Assembly (NCBI GenBank): GCA_039820945.1
Contig: JBCBPC010000014.1
Span: 2,182-66,181 of the forward strand
Length of the DNA: 64,000 nt
Direction: 5' to 3'
Source: Planctomycetota bacterium
GTDB taxonomy: Bacteria > Planctomycetota > Planctomycetia > Pirellulales > Lacipirellulaceae
A model generated the notes under the pieces. The model searched no databases, was not told where the DNA came from, and saw nothing but the letters and a program-made list of their open reading frames with translations. Below, one piece after another: positions 56,916-64,000 of this stretch. The translations under genes were made by a program, and so were the position numbers. How positions within the stretch are numbered: position 1 is the stretch's first letter; each line of letters starts with the position of its first letter.

Positions 56916-58376
56916 ATGGACCTCAGCGGCCAGCAGCTCAACGACTACCGCCTGCTGCGACAGCTCGGCCGTGGGGCGATGGCGACCGTCTACCTGGCCG
57001 AGCAGCAATCGCTCGCCCGCCGCGTCGCGGTGAAGGTGCTCAACGAAGAGCTCTCGCGCGATCAGGATCAGGTGGAGCGATTCGCACGCGAAGCGCGAGC
57101 CGCGGCGTCGATGACCCACCCCGGCGTCGTGCAGGTGCACGAGGTGGGCTCGAGCGGCCCGCTGCACTTCTTGGTGCAGGAGTACCTGCCCGGCGGCAGT
57201 CTTGGCGAGCTGCTGAAGCGGCAGGGCCGGTTTACGCCGGGGGCGGTGCTAGGCGTGATGGTCCAGGTGGCCGAGGCGCTCGACGAGGCGCACAGCCGCG
57301 GGCTGGTTCACCGCGACATTAAGCCGGACAACCTGATGCTCGATCGGGGCGGCGCCGTGAAGGTGGCCGACTTTGGCCTGGCGCGGATCGCCGAGGCGGG
57401 CGCCCGGATGACCCGCGAGGGCATCGCGCTCGGCACGCCGCTGTACATGAGCCCCGAGCAGGTGGAGGCGCGGCCCGTCGACACGCGGAGCGACCTCTAC
57501 TCGCTCGGCGTCACGGCCTTTCATCTGCTGACAGGGGCTCCACCGTTCGAGGGAGACACCCCGCTGGCGGTCGCCATGCAGCACGTTGGCACGCCGCCTC
57601 CCGCGGTGGCGGATCGGGACCCGACGGCGCCCGCTTCGCTCGCGGGCGTGATCGATCGCTTGCTGGCTAAGGATCCCGCGGCTCGGTACGCGTCGCCGCG
57701 TGAACTGCTTGGCGTCTTGCGGCAAGTGGCGGATCAGGCCTTGGCGGACGGCTGGTGCGAAACGCTCACAACGGGCGCCGGCAGGTACCCCGTTGCGGCC
57801 AGCCACGAGCTCTCTCGCGTCGATCTGTCTGCCGAACGGGCGTTGCTCGGCCGCGCCATGCGTGGCGAGCGTGGGGGCGTCCAGAAGCGGGCAGCAACGT
57901 GGATCGTGGCGATCGTTGCCGGCGCGCTGCTCGGAGGCGTGGTGTTTCGCCCGGCCCCGCTTCTGCCGTCGCTCACCAGTGCCGAGGTGGCGCGTGAGCC
58001 GTCCGTCGCCCGACAACTGCTGCTCGCCAAGCGGATCGATACGCCCGAGGCGTGGCGCGCCATCGAGCGGCACTATCCGGACGCCGACGAGGTGCACCGC
58101 TTGTTGGCGGTGCGGGGGCTGGCCGCGGCCTTGCTGGACCGCGATCGTAATCGGCAGGCGGAGCTCGAGCTCCGCCGCCTCGGCGAGCTGGGGTCCGCCT
58201 ACGACGAGTTCGCGGCCTTCAGCCACGCCGGGCTAGCGATCGCCTACGCCCGGGGCGGCCGGCTCGACGCCGCGAAGACCGAGCTCGAGCGGCTCGGCGA
58301 CGCGACCAACGCGTCGGTCGCTCAGCTGGCAGACGAGCTGCGTCGCGTCCGCGAACGCTTGCGGGCCGGCGGCTGA
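56916..58376 (+). CDS. serine/threonine protein kinase with C-terminal helical (TPR-like) domain
   Basis: LGRGAMATVYLAEQ, VAVKVL, HRDIKPDNLML, DFGLAR, one TM segment, then a helical tail. Confidence 0.9.
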   Translation: MDLSGQQLNDYRLLRQLGRGAMATVYLAEQQSLARRVAVKVLNEELSRDQDQVERFAREARAAASMTHPGVVQVHEVGSSGPLHFLVQEYLPGGSLGELLKRQGRFTPGAVLGVMVQVAEALDEAHSRGLVHRDIKPDNLMLDRGGAVKVADFGLARIAEAGARMTREGIALGTPLYMSPEQVEARPVDTRSDLYSLGVTAFHLLTGAPPFEGDTPLAVAMQHVGTPPPAVADRDPTAPASLAGVIDRLLAKDPAARYASPRELLGVLRQVADQALADGWCETLTTGAGRYPVAASHELSRVDLSAERALLGRAMRGERGGVQKRAATWIVAIVAGALLGGVVFRPAPLLPSLTSAEVAREPSVARQLLLAKRIDTPEAWRAIERHYPDADEVHRLLAVRGLAAALLDRDRNRQAELELRRLGELGSAYDEFAAFSHAGLAIAYARGGRLDAAKTELERLGDATNASVAQLADELRRVRERLRAGG

Positions 58377-58573
58377 TCGCCCGTGGTCGATCGGTCGGCT
58401 GCGTAATGCGGACCGGGCGGGGAGACGCCGGCGGCGGGCACGCCCGAGTCGCTCAGCCGTCGATGGCGGGCCTTGGAGAGCTGCTCGCCGAGGGCGAGCG
58501 CGCCGATCGCGGCCCAAACGCCCATAAAGGCGATCGCTAACGACACCAGCAGTAGTTGGTGCTCTTCCATCAC
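58322..58573 (-). CDS. possible small membrane protein
   Basis: MEEHQLLLVSLAIAFMGVWAAIGALALG is a clean TM helix. The tail overlaps the kinase 3' end by 55 nt and looks non-coding, so the true stop and extent are doubtful. Confidence 0.25.
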   Translation of the reverse strand: MMEEHQLLLVSLAIAFMGVWAAIGALALGEQLSKARHRRLSDSGVPAAGVSPPGPHYAADRSTTGDQPPARKRSRTRRSSSAS

Positions 58574-58763
58574 TCTGGGAATCGGGTGAAAGGAACCGGG
58601 CGATTTAGCCCGCGCGACGGAAGCGTCGTCTGCCCCGCGGCCTGCCCACCTTGCCAGGATGCGTGACGCACGCCAGCACCGCCAGCAATTGGCGTTCGCT
58701 GCCCACTTTATGCTGTTTTTGTGCCACCCGTGAGGCTAACCTGCGGCCTGTTGATGAGTGTTC

Positions 58764-58952
58764 ATGCGTTCACTTTGCCTGGGGGTCGCCGTGTCCGTTG
58801 TGTTGCTAAGCGTGTCGTCGCCGTCGGGGGCGGTCATGCCACCCGCGGCCGACGACCCCGACTGGGAAGTCGTGCTGCCGGACGAGGAGGAGCCGCTGCC
58901 CGAGCCGGGAGACTTCTGGATCGAAGCTCCCGACGAGTGGGACGCGGCTTGA
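58764..58952 (+). CDS. possible small secreted acidic protein
   Basis: Signal-like MRSLCLGVAVSVVLLSVSSPSGA, then a Pro/Asp/Glu-rich 40-aa tail. No family recognised. Confidence 0.35.
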   Translation: MRSLCLGVAVSVVLLSVSSPSGAVMPPAADDPDWEVVLPDEEEPLPEPGDFWIEAPDEWDAA

Positions 58953-59004
58953 ACCGCGCCGAATCGCTATCTCTCTCTTCGCTCGACAGCCGGAGACTCC
59001 GCCG

Positions 59005-59328
59005 ATGCTCACCCGCGAACAGGTCGACGCCGTGATCCGCTTGTTGGCCGATCCGGATCGCCCGTCGAACCGAAAGATCGCCGAGTTGGTTGGCGTGAGC
59101 CGCCAGTCCGTAAACCGGCTCGCGAGTGGCCGCCGCGGCCTTCACGCTCGTGAAGACGCTGTCGTGGATCAGGCGGTGGACGAGGCGCCCCCACGCAAGT
59201 GTCCGCGTTGCGGATGTCTCCGGCGGCGACGGTGCGTGCGGTGCGACGCGGAGGCGTACGCCCGCCGCGAGCGCGACCGCAAACGTCGTAACCCGGTTGC
59301 TCCCCCCAATCGTTGCTCCGCGAGGTAG
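59005..59328 (+). CDS. small HTH protein with C-terminal Cys4 cluster
   Basis: SNRKIAELVGVSRQSVNRLASG (HTH). CPRCGCLRRRRCVRCD (CxxC...CxxC). A strong terminator follows. Confidence 0.5.
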   Translation: MLTREQVDAVIRLLADPDRPSNRKIAELVGVSRQSVNRLASGRRGLHAREDAVVDQAVDEAPPRKCPRCGCLRRRRCVRCDAEAYARRERDRKRRNPVAPPNRCSAR

Positions 59329-59410
59329 CGAATCCGGGTACCGGCACGCGGGCGGCGACCGCTCGTCAGAAAGAAACGCACGGTTCAGCGGCTTGCCACT
59401 TGGCCACGGT

Positions 59411-59452
59411 GGGGTTCCGCCCGATTTTGCACCCGGGCGGGGCCCCTTTTTT
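59411..59452 (+). terminator. intrinsic terminator
   Basis: ggggttccgcccg / cgggcggggcccc stem of 13 bp (including 2 G-U pairs), 10-nt loop, followed immediately by TTTTTT (59447-59452). Confidence 0.7.
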
Positions 59453-59613
59453 GTGCGCCGTCTTCCCGCGCGTGGCACGGCGGCGGACGTCATGCGATTG
59501 TGGCCGCCCGGGCTGCGCCGATTGGCAGGCGCTCGGCTCGCCATTAAACTCCGGGCTCGACGAATCGACGGGGCTCTTCTTCGCCCTACCGACCCGACCC
59601 CACGGAGCAGCGG

Positions 59614-60900
59614 ATGGCCGAGGCAGCCAAGCTTACGATCGGCGACAAGTCGCTTGAGATGCCCGTCGTCCATGGATCGGAGGCAGAGACCGGCCTCGAC
59701 ATCGGCAAGCTCCGCGCCCAGACCGGCCTGATCACGATCGACGAGGGGTTCGTCAACACGGGCTCCACGACCAGCGCGATCACGTTCCTCGACGGCGAGA
59801 AGGGCGTGCTCCGCTACCGGGGCTACCCGATCGAGCAGCTCGCCGAGCACTGCGACTTCGTCGAGGTGTGCTACCTGCTGCTGCACGGGGAACTGCCCAA
59901 CGCGGAGCAGATCGAGGAGTTCCGCACCGACCTGCGTCAGCACACGATGCTGCACGAGGACATGCGGAAGTTCTACGACGGCTTCCAGCACGACGCCCAC
60001 CCGATGGCGATCCTCAGCTCCGTGATCCACGCGTTGAGCACGTTCTACGCCGACTCGCTCGACGTGCGTGACGCGAGCGACGTGCACCGCTGCAGCATGC
60101 GACTGCTGGCCAAGGCGCCTACGATCGCCGCCTACGCTTACAAGAAGTCCATCGGCCAGCCGTACGTCTACCCGGACAATTCGCTGGGCTACTGCGAGAA
60201 CTTCTTGCGGATGATGTTCTCGGTGCCGGCGGAGGACTACGAGATCAGCCCGGTCGAGGCGCAGGCGCTCAACCTGTTGCTGATCGTGCACGCCGACCAC
60301 GAGCAGAACTGCAGCACGAGCACCGTGCGGATGGTGGGCTCGAGCGACGCGAACCTGTTCGCCTCGATCTCGGCCGGCGTGGCGGCGCTCTCCGGCCCGC
60401 TGCACGGCGGCGCCAACGAGGCGTGCATCTCGATGCTCGAGCGGATCCGCGAGGACGGCGGAGACGTGGGCAAGTACGTCGCCATGGCCAAGGACAAGAC
60501 CAACGGCTTCCGCCTGATGGGCTTCGGCCACCGCGTGTACAAGAGCTTCGACCCGCGGGCGAAGATCATCAAGAAGGCGTGCCACGACCTGATCGACGAT
60601 GGCCACCTGAACGACCCGGTCTTCGACATCGCCAAGCAGCTCGAAGAGGTCGCGCTCAACGATGAGTACTTCGTCGAGCGCAAGCTGTACCCGAACGTCG
60701 ATTTCTACTCGGGCGTGATCTACCGGGCGCTCGGTATCCCCGTGGAGATGTTCACGGTGCTGTTCGCTATCGGCCGCATGCCCGGCTGGATCGCGCACTG
60801 GCAAGAGATGCGAGAGAGCCCCGGAAAACGGATCTACCGCCCGCGGCAGGTCTACACCGGCGCGACTGAGCGAGACTTCGTGCCGCTCGAGAAGCGGTGA
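59614..60900 (+). CDS. gltA: citrate synthase
   Basis: LRYRGYPIEQLAE, HADHEQNCSTSTVR, GPLHGGANE, GFGHRVYKSFDPRA. Confidence 0.95.
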   Translation: MAEAAKLTIGDKSLEMPVVHGSEAETGLDIGKLRAQTGLITIDEGFVNTGSTTSAITFLDGEKGVLRYRGYPIEQLAEHCDFVEVCYLLLHGELPNAEQIEEFRTDLRQHTMLHEDMRKFYDGFQHDAHPMAILSSVIHALSTFYADSLDVRDASDVHRCSMRLLAKAPTIAAYAYKKSIGQPYVYPDNSLGYCENFLRMMFSVPAEDYEISPVEAQALNLLLIVHADHEQNCSTSTVRMVGSSDANLFASISAGVAALSGPLHGGANEACISMLERIREDGGDVGKYVAMAKDKTNGFRLMGFGHRVYKSFDPRAKIIKKACHDLIDDGHLNDPVFDIAKQLEEVALNDEYFVERKLYPNVDFYSGVIYRALGIPVEMFTVLFAIGRMPGWIAHWQEMRESPGKRIYRPRQVYTGATERDFVPLEKR

Positions 60901-61421
60901 GCCACAGCGACGATCCGCGACGACGTCTGGCTCCGGCGATCGAGCGGCTCCGATTCAGCCGTCAGACGACCGAGGCTTTCTTGGGCGGCATCACGCCCGA
61001 CGAATGGTTCTGGCAGCCCGGCGAGGGGCTCAACCACTTGGCGTGGCACGTCGGCCACGTCGCGTTCGCGCAGTACTTTTTGTGCTTGAAGCGGGTCCGC
61101 GACCGTATCGAGTCGGACCTGGAGCTGATCCCGACGTCGTTCCTCAAGCGATACAAGTTCGGCTCAAAGCCTTCGCCCGACCCGGCGAAGAACGCGACGA
61201 TCGACGACCTGCTGGCGACGTTCCGCGGCGTGCACGAGCTGGCCCTGCGTGAGCTGGCCGAGCGGACCGACGCTGAGCTCGACACGCCGACCCACCCGCC
61301 GCACCCGTTCTTCGACACCAAGCTGGGCGCCATCGAGTGGTGCAGCCAGCACGAGCTGATCCATTGCGGGCAGATCATGCTGCTGCGCCGACTGCTCGGC
61401 AAACCGGCGGTGTGGGTCTAA
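60897..61421 (+). CDS. DinB-family protein
   Basis: LNHLAWHVGHVAF...HELIHCGQIMLLRRLLG (His triad pattern). The GTG overlaps the gltA stop (GTGA). Confidence 0.7.
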   Translation: MSHSDDPRRRLAPAIERLRFSRQTTEAFLGGITPDEWFWQPGEGLNHLAWHVGHVAFAQYFLCLKRVRDRIESDLELIPTSFLKRYKFGSKPSPDPAKNATIDDLLATFRGVHELALRELAERTDAELDTPTHPPHPFFDTKLGAIEWCSQHELIHCGQIMLLRRLLGKPAVWV

Positions 61422-61464
61422 TCTGATCCGCTGGCGTACGCACCCTCTCCGGACGAGAAAGAGC

Positions 61465-63243
61465 ATGAAGCGTTTGTTGATCGCGTTGATGGTCTGTCTA
61501 CTGGCCGCGAGCGCCGCCGCCGCGCCCGGCGAAGAGCTCGCGACGCTGCTCGACGAGGTCTGGGCCACCCGACTGAAGGAGTGGCCGCAGTTTGCCACCC
61601 GCACGGGGCTGCACGACGATAACGATCGGCTGGCGAAGGTGTCGGTCGCCGACTCCGCCCGACGCGCCGCGATCGACGAAGCGTTCCTGAAGCGATTGCT
61701 GGCGATCGACGCGGCGGCGCTCTCTGCCGACGAACGGCTGGAACGCGACTTGCTCGTACGTGACCTACGCGACGATCTTTCCGAGCACGAGTTTGCGCAA
61801 GAGCTCCTGCCGATCGACAGCCGCAGCGGCTTTCACGTCAACTTCCCCGAGCTGCCCGACTGGGTTCCGCTCGACACGGTCGAGGACCACGAGAACTACC
61901 TGGCGCGGCTGCGTGCGTTCCCCGAGTACGCCCGCGGATACGTGGAGCTGATGCGCGAAGGCCTCCGTCGCGGCGTCACCGTGCCGGCCGTGATCCTTGA
62001 GGGCTACGAAGACTCGATCACCGCGCACATCGTCGAAGACGTCGAGGAGAGCCTCTTCTTCAAGCCCGTCAGGGATTTCCCCGAGAGCTTCGCTGCCGAA
62101 GACCGGGAGCGGTTGGAAGCCGGCGTCCGCGCGGCGATCGCCGACGACATCGTCCCCACGTACGAGTTCTTCCTCCGCTTCATGCGCGAGGAGTACCTGC
62201 CAGGCTGCCGGGCGACGATCGGGGCCTCGGCGTTGCCGCGTGGGCGAGACTTCTATCGGTTCCGCGTGAAGAAGTACACAACCCTGGACACCACGCCCGA
62301 GGAGATGCACGCCCGCGGGCTCGCCGAGGTCGCGCGTATCCGCGGTGAGATGGATCAGATCATCGAACGCGTGGGCTTCGACGGCGACTTCCCGGCGTTC
62401 GTCGAGCACCTGCGGACCGAAGACCGCTTCTACGCCGATTCGGACGAAGCGTTGCTGGCCGAGTGCGCGGCGATCCTCAAGCGGGCCGACGGGGCGTTGC
62501 CGGCGATGTTTGGCCTCTTGCCCCGCATGCCGTACGGGCTGAAGCCGGTGCCCGACTACATCGCCCCTAAGACCACCGCCGCGTACTACATGCGGCCCAA
62601 CGGCGATGGCTCGCGGGCCGGTTTCTTCTACCTGAACACGTACGACCTGAAGAGTCGGCCGCTGTACATGCTGGAGGCGTTGGCGTTGCACGAGGCGGTG
62701 CCCGGGCACCATCTGCAGATCGCGCTGCAACAAGAGCTCGAGGGCCTCTCGCCGCTGCGGCAGAACGGTGGCTTCACCGCGTTCGTCGAGGGGTGGGCCC
62801 TCTACGCGGAGCGCCTGGGTCTGGAGATGGGCTTCTACGACGACCCCTACTCCGACTTCGGCCGCCTGAGCATGGAGATCTGGCGTGCCTGCAGGCTCGT
62901 GGTGGACACCGGCATCCACTACTACGACTGGAGTCGCGACGAGGCGATCGACTACATGCGGAGTAACTCGGCCATGTCGGATCACAACATCCGGGCAGAG
63001 ATCGACCGTTACATCGGCTGGCCGGGTCAGGCCCTGGCGTACAAAGCCGGCGAGCTAAAGATCCGGGAGCTCCGCGCCACGGCCGAAGAGCGCCTCGCTG
63101 GCGAGTTTGATGTCCGCGAGTTTCACGACGTCGTGCTCGGCAGCGGGGCGGTACCGCTCGACGTGCTAGAGCGGATCGTCGTTGAATGGCTCGACACCAA
63201 GTCGCCCATCGCGGAGGCGAGCCGCGCGACACACGTCAGATGA
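61465..63243 (+). CDS. DUF885-family protein (putative secreted metallopeptidase-like)
   Basis: Signal MKRLLIALMVCLLAASAAAAP. LHEAVPGHHLQ. The overall length is typical of DUF885. Confidence 0.8.
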   Translation: MKRLLIALMVCLLAASAAAAPGEELATLLDEVWATRLKEWPQFATRTGLHDDNDRLAKVSVADSARRAAIDEAFLKRLLAIDAAALSADERLERDLLVRDLRDDLSEHEFAQELLPIDSRSGFHVNFPELPDWVPLDTVEDHENYLARLRAFPEYARGYVELMREGLRRGVTVPAVILEGYEDSITAHIVEDVEESLFFKPVRDFPESFAAEDRERLEAGVRAAIADDIVPTYEFFLRFMREEYLPGCRATIGASALPRGRDFYRFRVKKYTTLDTTPEEMHARGLAEVARIRGEMDQIIERVGFDGDFPAFVEHLRTEDRFYADSDEALLAECAAILKRADGALPAMFGLLPRMPYGLKPVPDYIAPKTTAAYYMRPNGDGSRAGFFYLNTYDLKSRPLYMLEALALHEAVPGHHLQIALQQELEGLSPLRQNGGFTAFVEGWALYAERLGLEMGFYDDPYSDFGRLSMEIWRACRLVVDTGIHYYDWSRDEAIDYMRSNSAMSDHNIRAEIDRYIGWPGQALAYKAGELKIRELRATAEERLAGEFDVREFHDVVLGSGAVPLDVLERIVVEWLDTKSPIAEASRATHVR

Positions 63244-64000
63244 ACCCGAGCATCTGCGCGACGGCCGTCAGCACGGTGAGCAGCAGGTAGCCCCCCATGG
63301 CGAACACCCAACCCGCGATCACAAAACGCGGCGGGGTGAGGTCGGCCGCCAGGCACGCGAGCCCGCCGATCAACGCGAGGCCCATAACCGACCACGCGTT
63401 GTCCAGCGCGATGACCGACGGCATAGCGAGGAACGCGGCCGCCACAACACTCGCGCTCGCCAGCTCACGCAGGTCGAACCGCAGCTCACGCACGGAGCGG
63501 ATAACCTCGCGGACGAACTCCTCGAAGTTGTCCTCGGCGTTTTCCTCATCGTCGAGCGGCTCGACCGATTCGCCGCGTGCGGCGGCGAGCTCTCGCTCGC
63601 GGCGGAGCATCGCCCGCTGCTGTTTCCGCTTCTCGACACGATTGAACCACATGTTGACACCCGCCAGGGCGGCGGTCGTCGCGAGGATCAGCAGCGCGAA
63701 ACCGGACCCGTTAAGGAACTGCATCCGCAGCAGGCCGAGCAGCAACGCGACCGCCGTCAGCCCGACGAGCAGATGCTTAACGCTGAAGCGGAGCTTCAGA
63801 TCGGGCACGGCGGCGCCGTCGCCCTCGTGCATCTCTCGGTAGACCGCGTCGACGTCGATGGCCGACTCCGCTTGGCGGACGTGGTCGGCGGCGAGCCGTC
63901 GCTGGTTCTCGACGATCTGTTCATCGATCGGCTCCAGCTCGTACTCGTCGGCGTTGTGGCCAGCTAACGCGTCTTCGGCGGAGGCGTCGCCACCGGAGGC
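63236..64000 (-). CDS. hypothetical membrane protein, 5' end possibly outside the window
   Basis: Four hydrophobic helices around a charged central segment. The frame stays open from ATG 63832 to the window edge. Confidence 0.5.
   Translation of the reverse strand, partial: ASGGDASAEDALAGHNADEYELEPIDEQIVENQRRLAADHVRQAESAIDVDAVYREMHEGDGAAVPDLKLRFSVKHLLVGLTAVALLLGLLRMQFLNGSGFALLILATTAALAGVNMWFNRVEKRKQQRAMLRRERELAAARGESVEPLDDEENAEDNFEEFVREVIRSVRELRFDLRELASASVVAAAFLAMPSVIALDNAWSVMGLALIGGLACLAADLTPPRFVIAGWVFAMGGYLLLTVLTAVAQMLGFI

Noticed and set aside
58834-60804. 656-aa minus-strand ORF
   Set aside because: It is antisense to citrate synthase and the small-ORF islet. The composition is non-coding-like.

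Overview
Gene-dense, very GC-rich chromosomal segment; GC was judged by eye, not computed. I assign it to Planctomycetota (Pirellulales-like) by inference. The supporting evidence is two DUF1559 proteins with the prepilin-type N-terminus [33 protein letters not shown], five proteins carrying dockerin-like DxDGxVDxxDY repeats and/or a PEP-CTERM anchor, and a ...LEPLERRDLLS leader. From left to right the window contains: (1) the 3' part of a decayed IS3-family element, followed by about 0.9 kb of non-coding DNA holding a tRNA 3'-end-like fragment; (2) a LacI-associated glycan-degradation-like locus (GH2, Asp-box propeller, DUF1559, PEP-CTERM proteins, Tat-exported oxidoreductase); (3) a type III PKS / FAD-oxidoreductase / SAM-methyltransferase trio, packed head-to-tail behind a LamG PEP-CTERM protein and a sulfatase-dockerin-PEP-CTERM gene; (4) a seven-gene staphyloxanthin-like C30 carotenoid cluster built around an Sqs-type squalene synthase; (5) an ABC-2 exporter, an Upf1-like helicase, and a PaaK-like ligase with DUF971; (6) a GldA / GldF-GldG fusion / DUF4340 ABC operon; (7) housekeeping genes (nadB, lpxK, cysC, glgP, metF, gltA, aminotransferase, Ser/Thr kinase). 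I found no complete rRNA or tRNA gene, no CRISPR array and no recognisable defence system. The points most worth following up are the two biosynthetic clusters, three families of intergenic structured repeats, two frameshifts that both sit in C/G homopolymers, and the IS3/tRNA-fragment scar. All family calls rest on motifs read by eye from the supplied translations. No database search was run.
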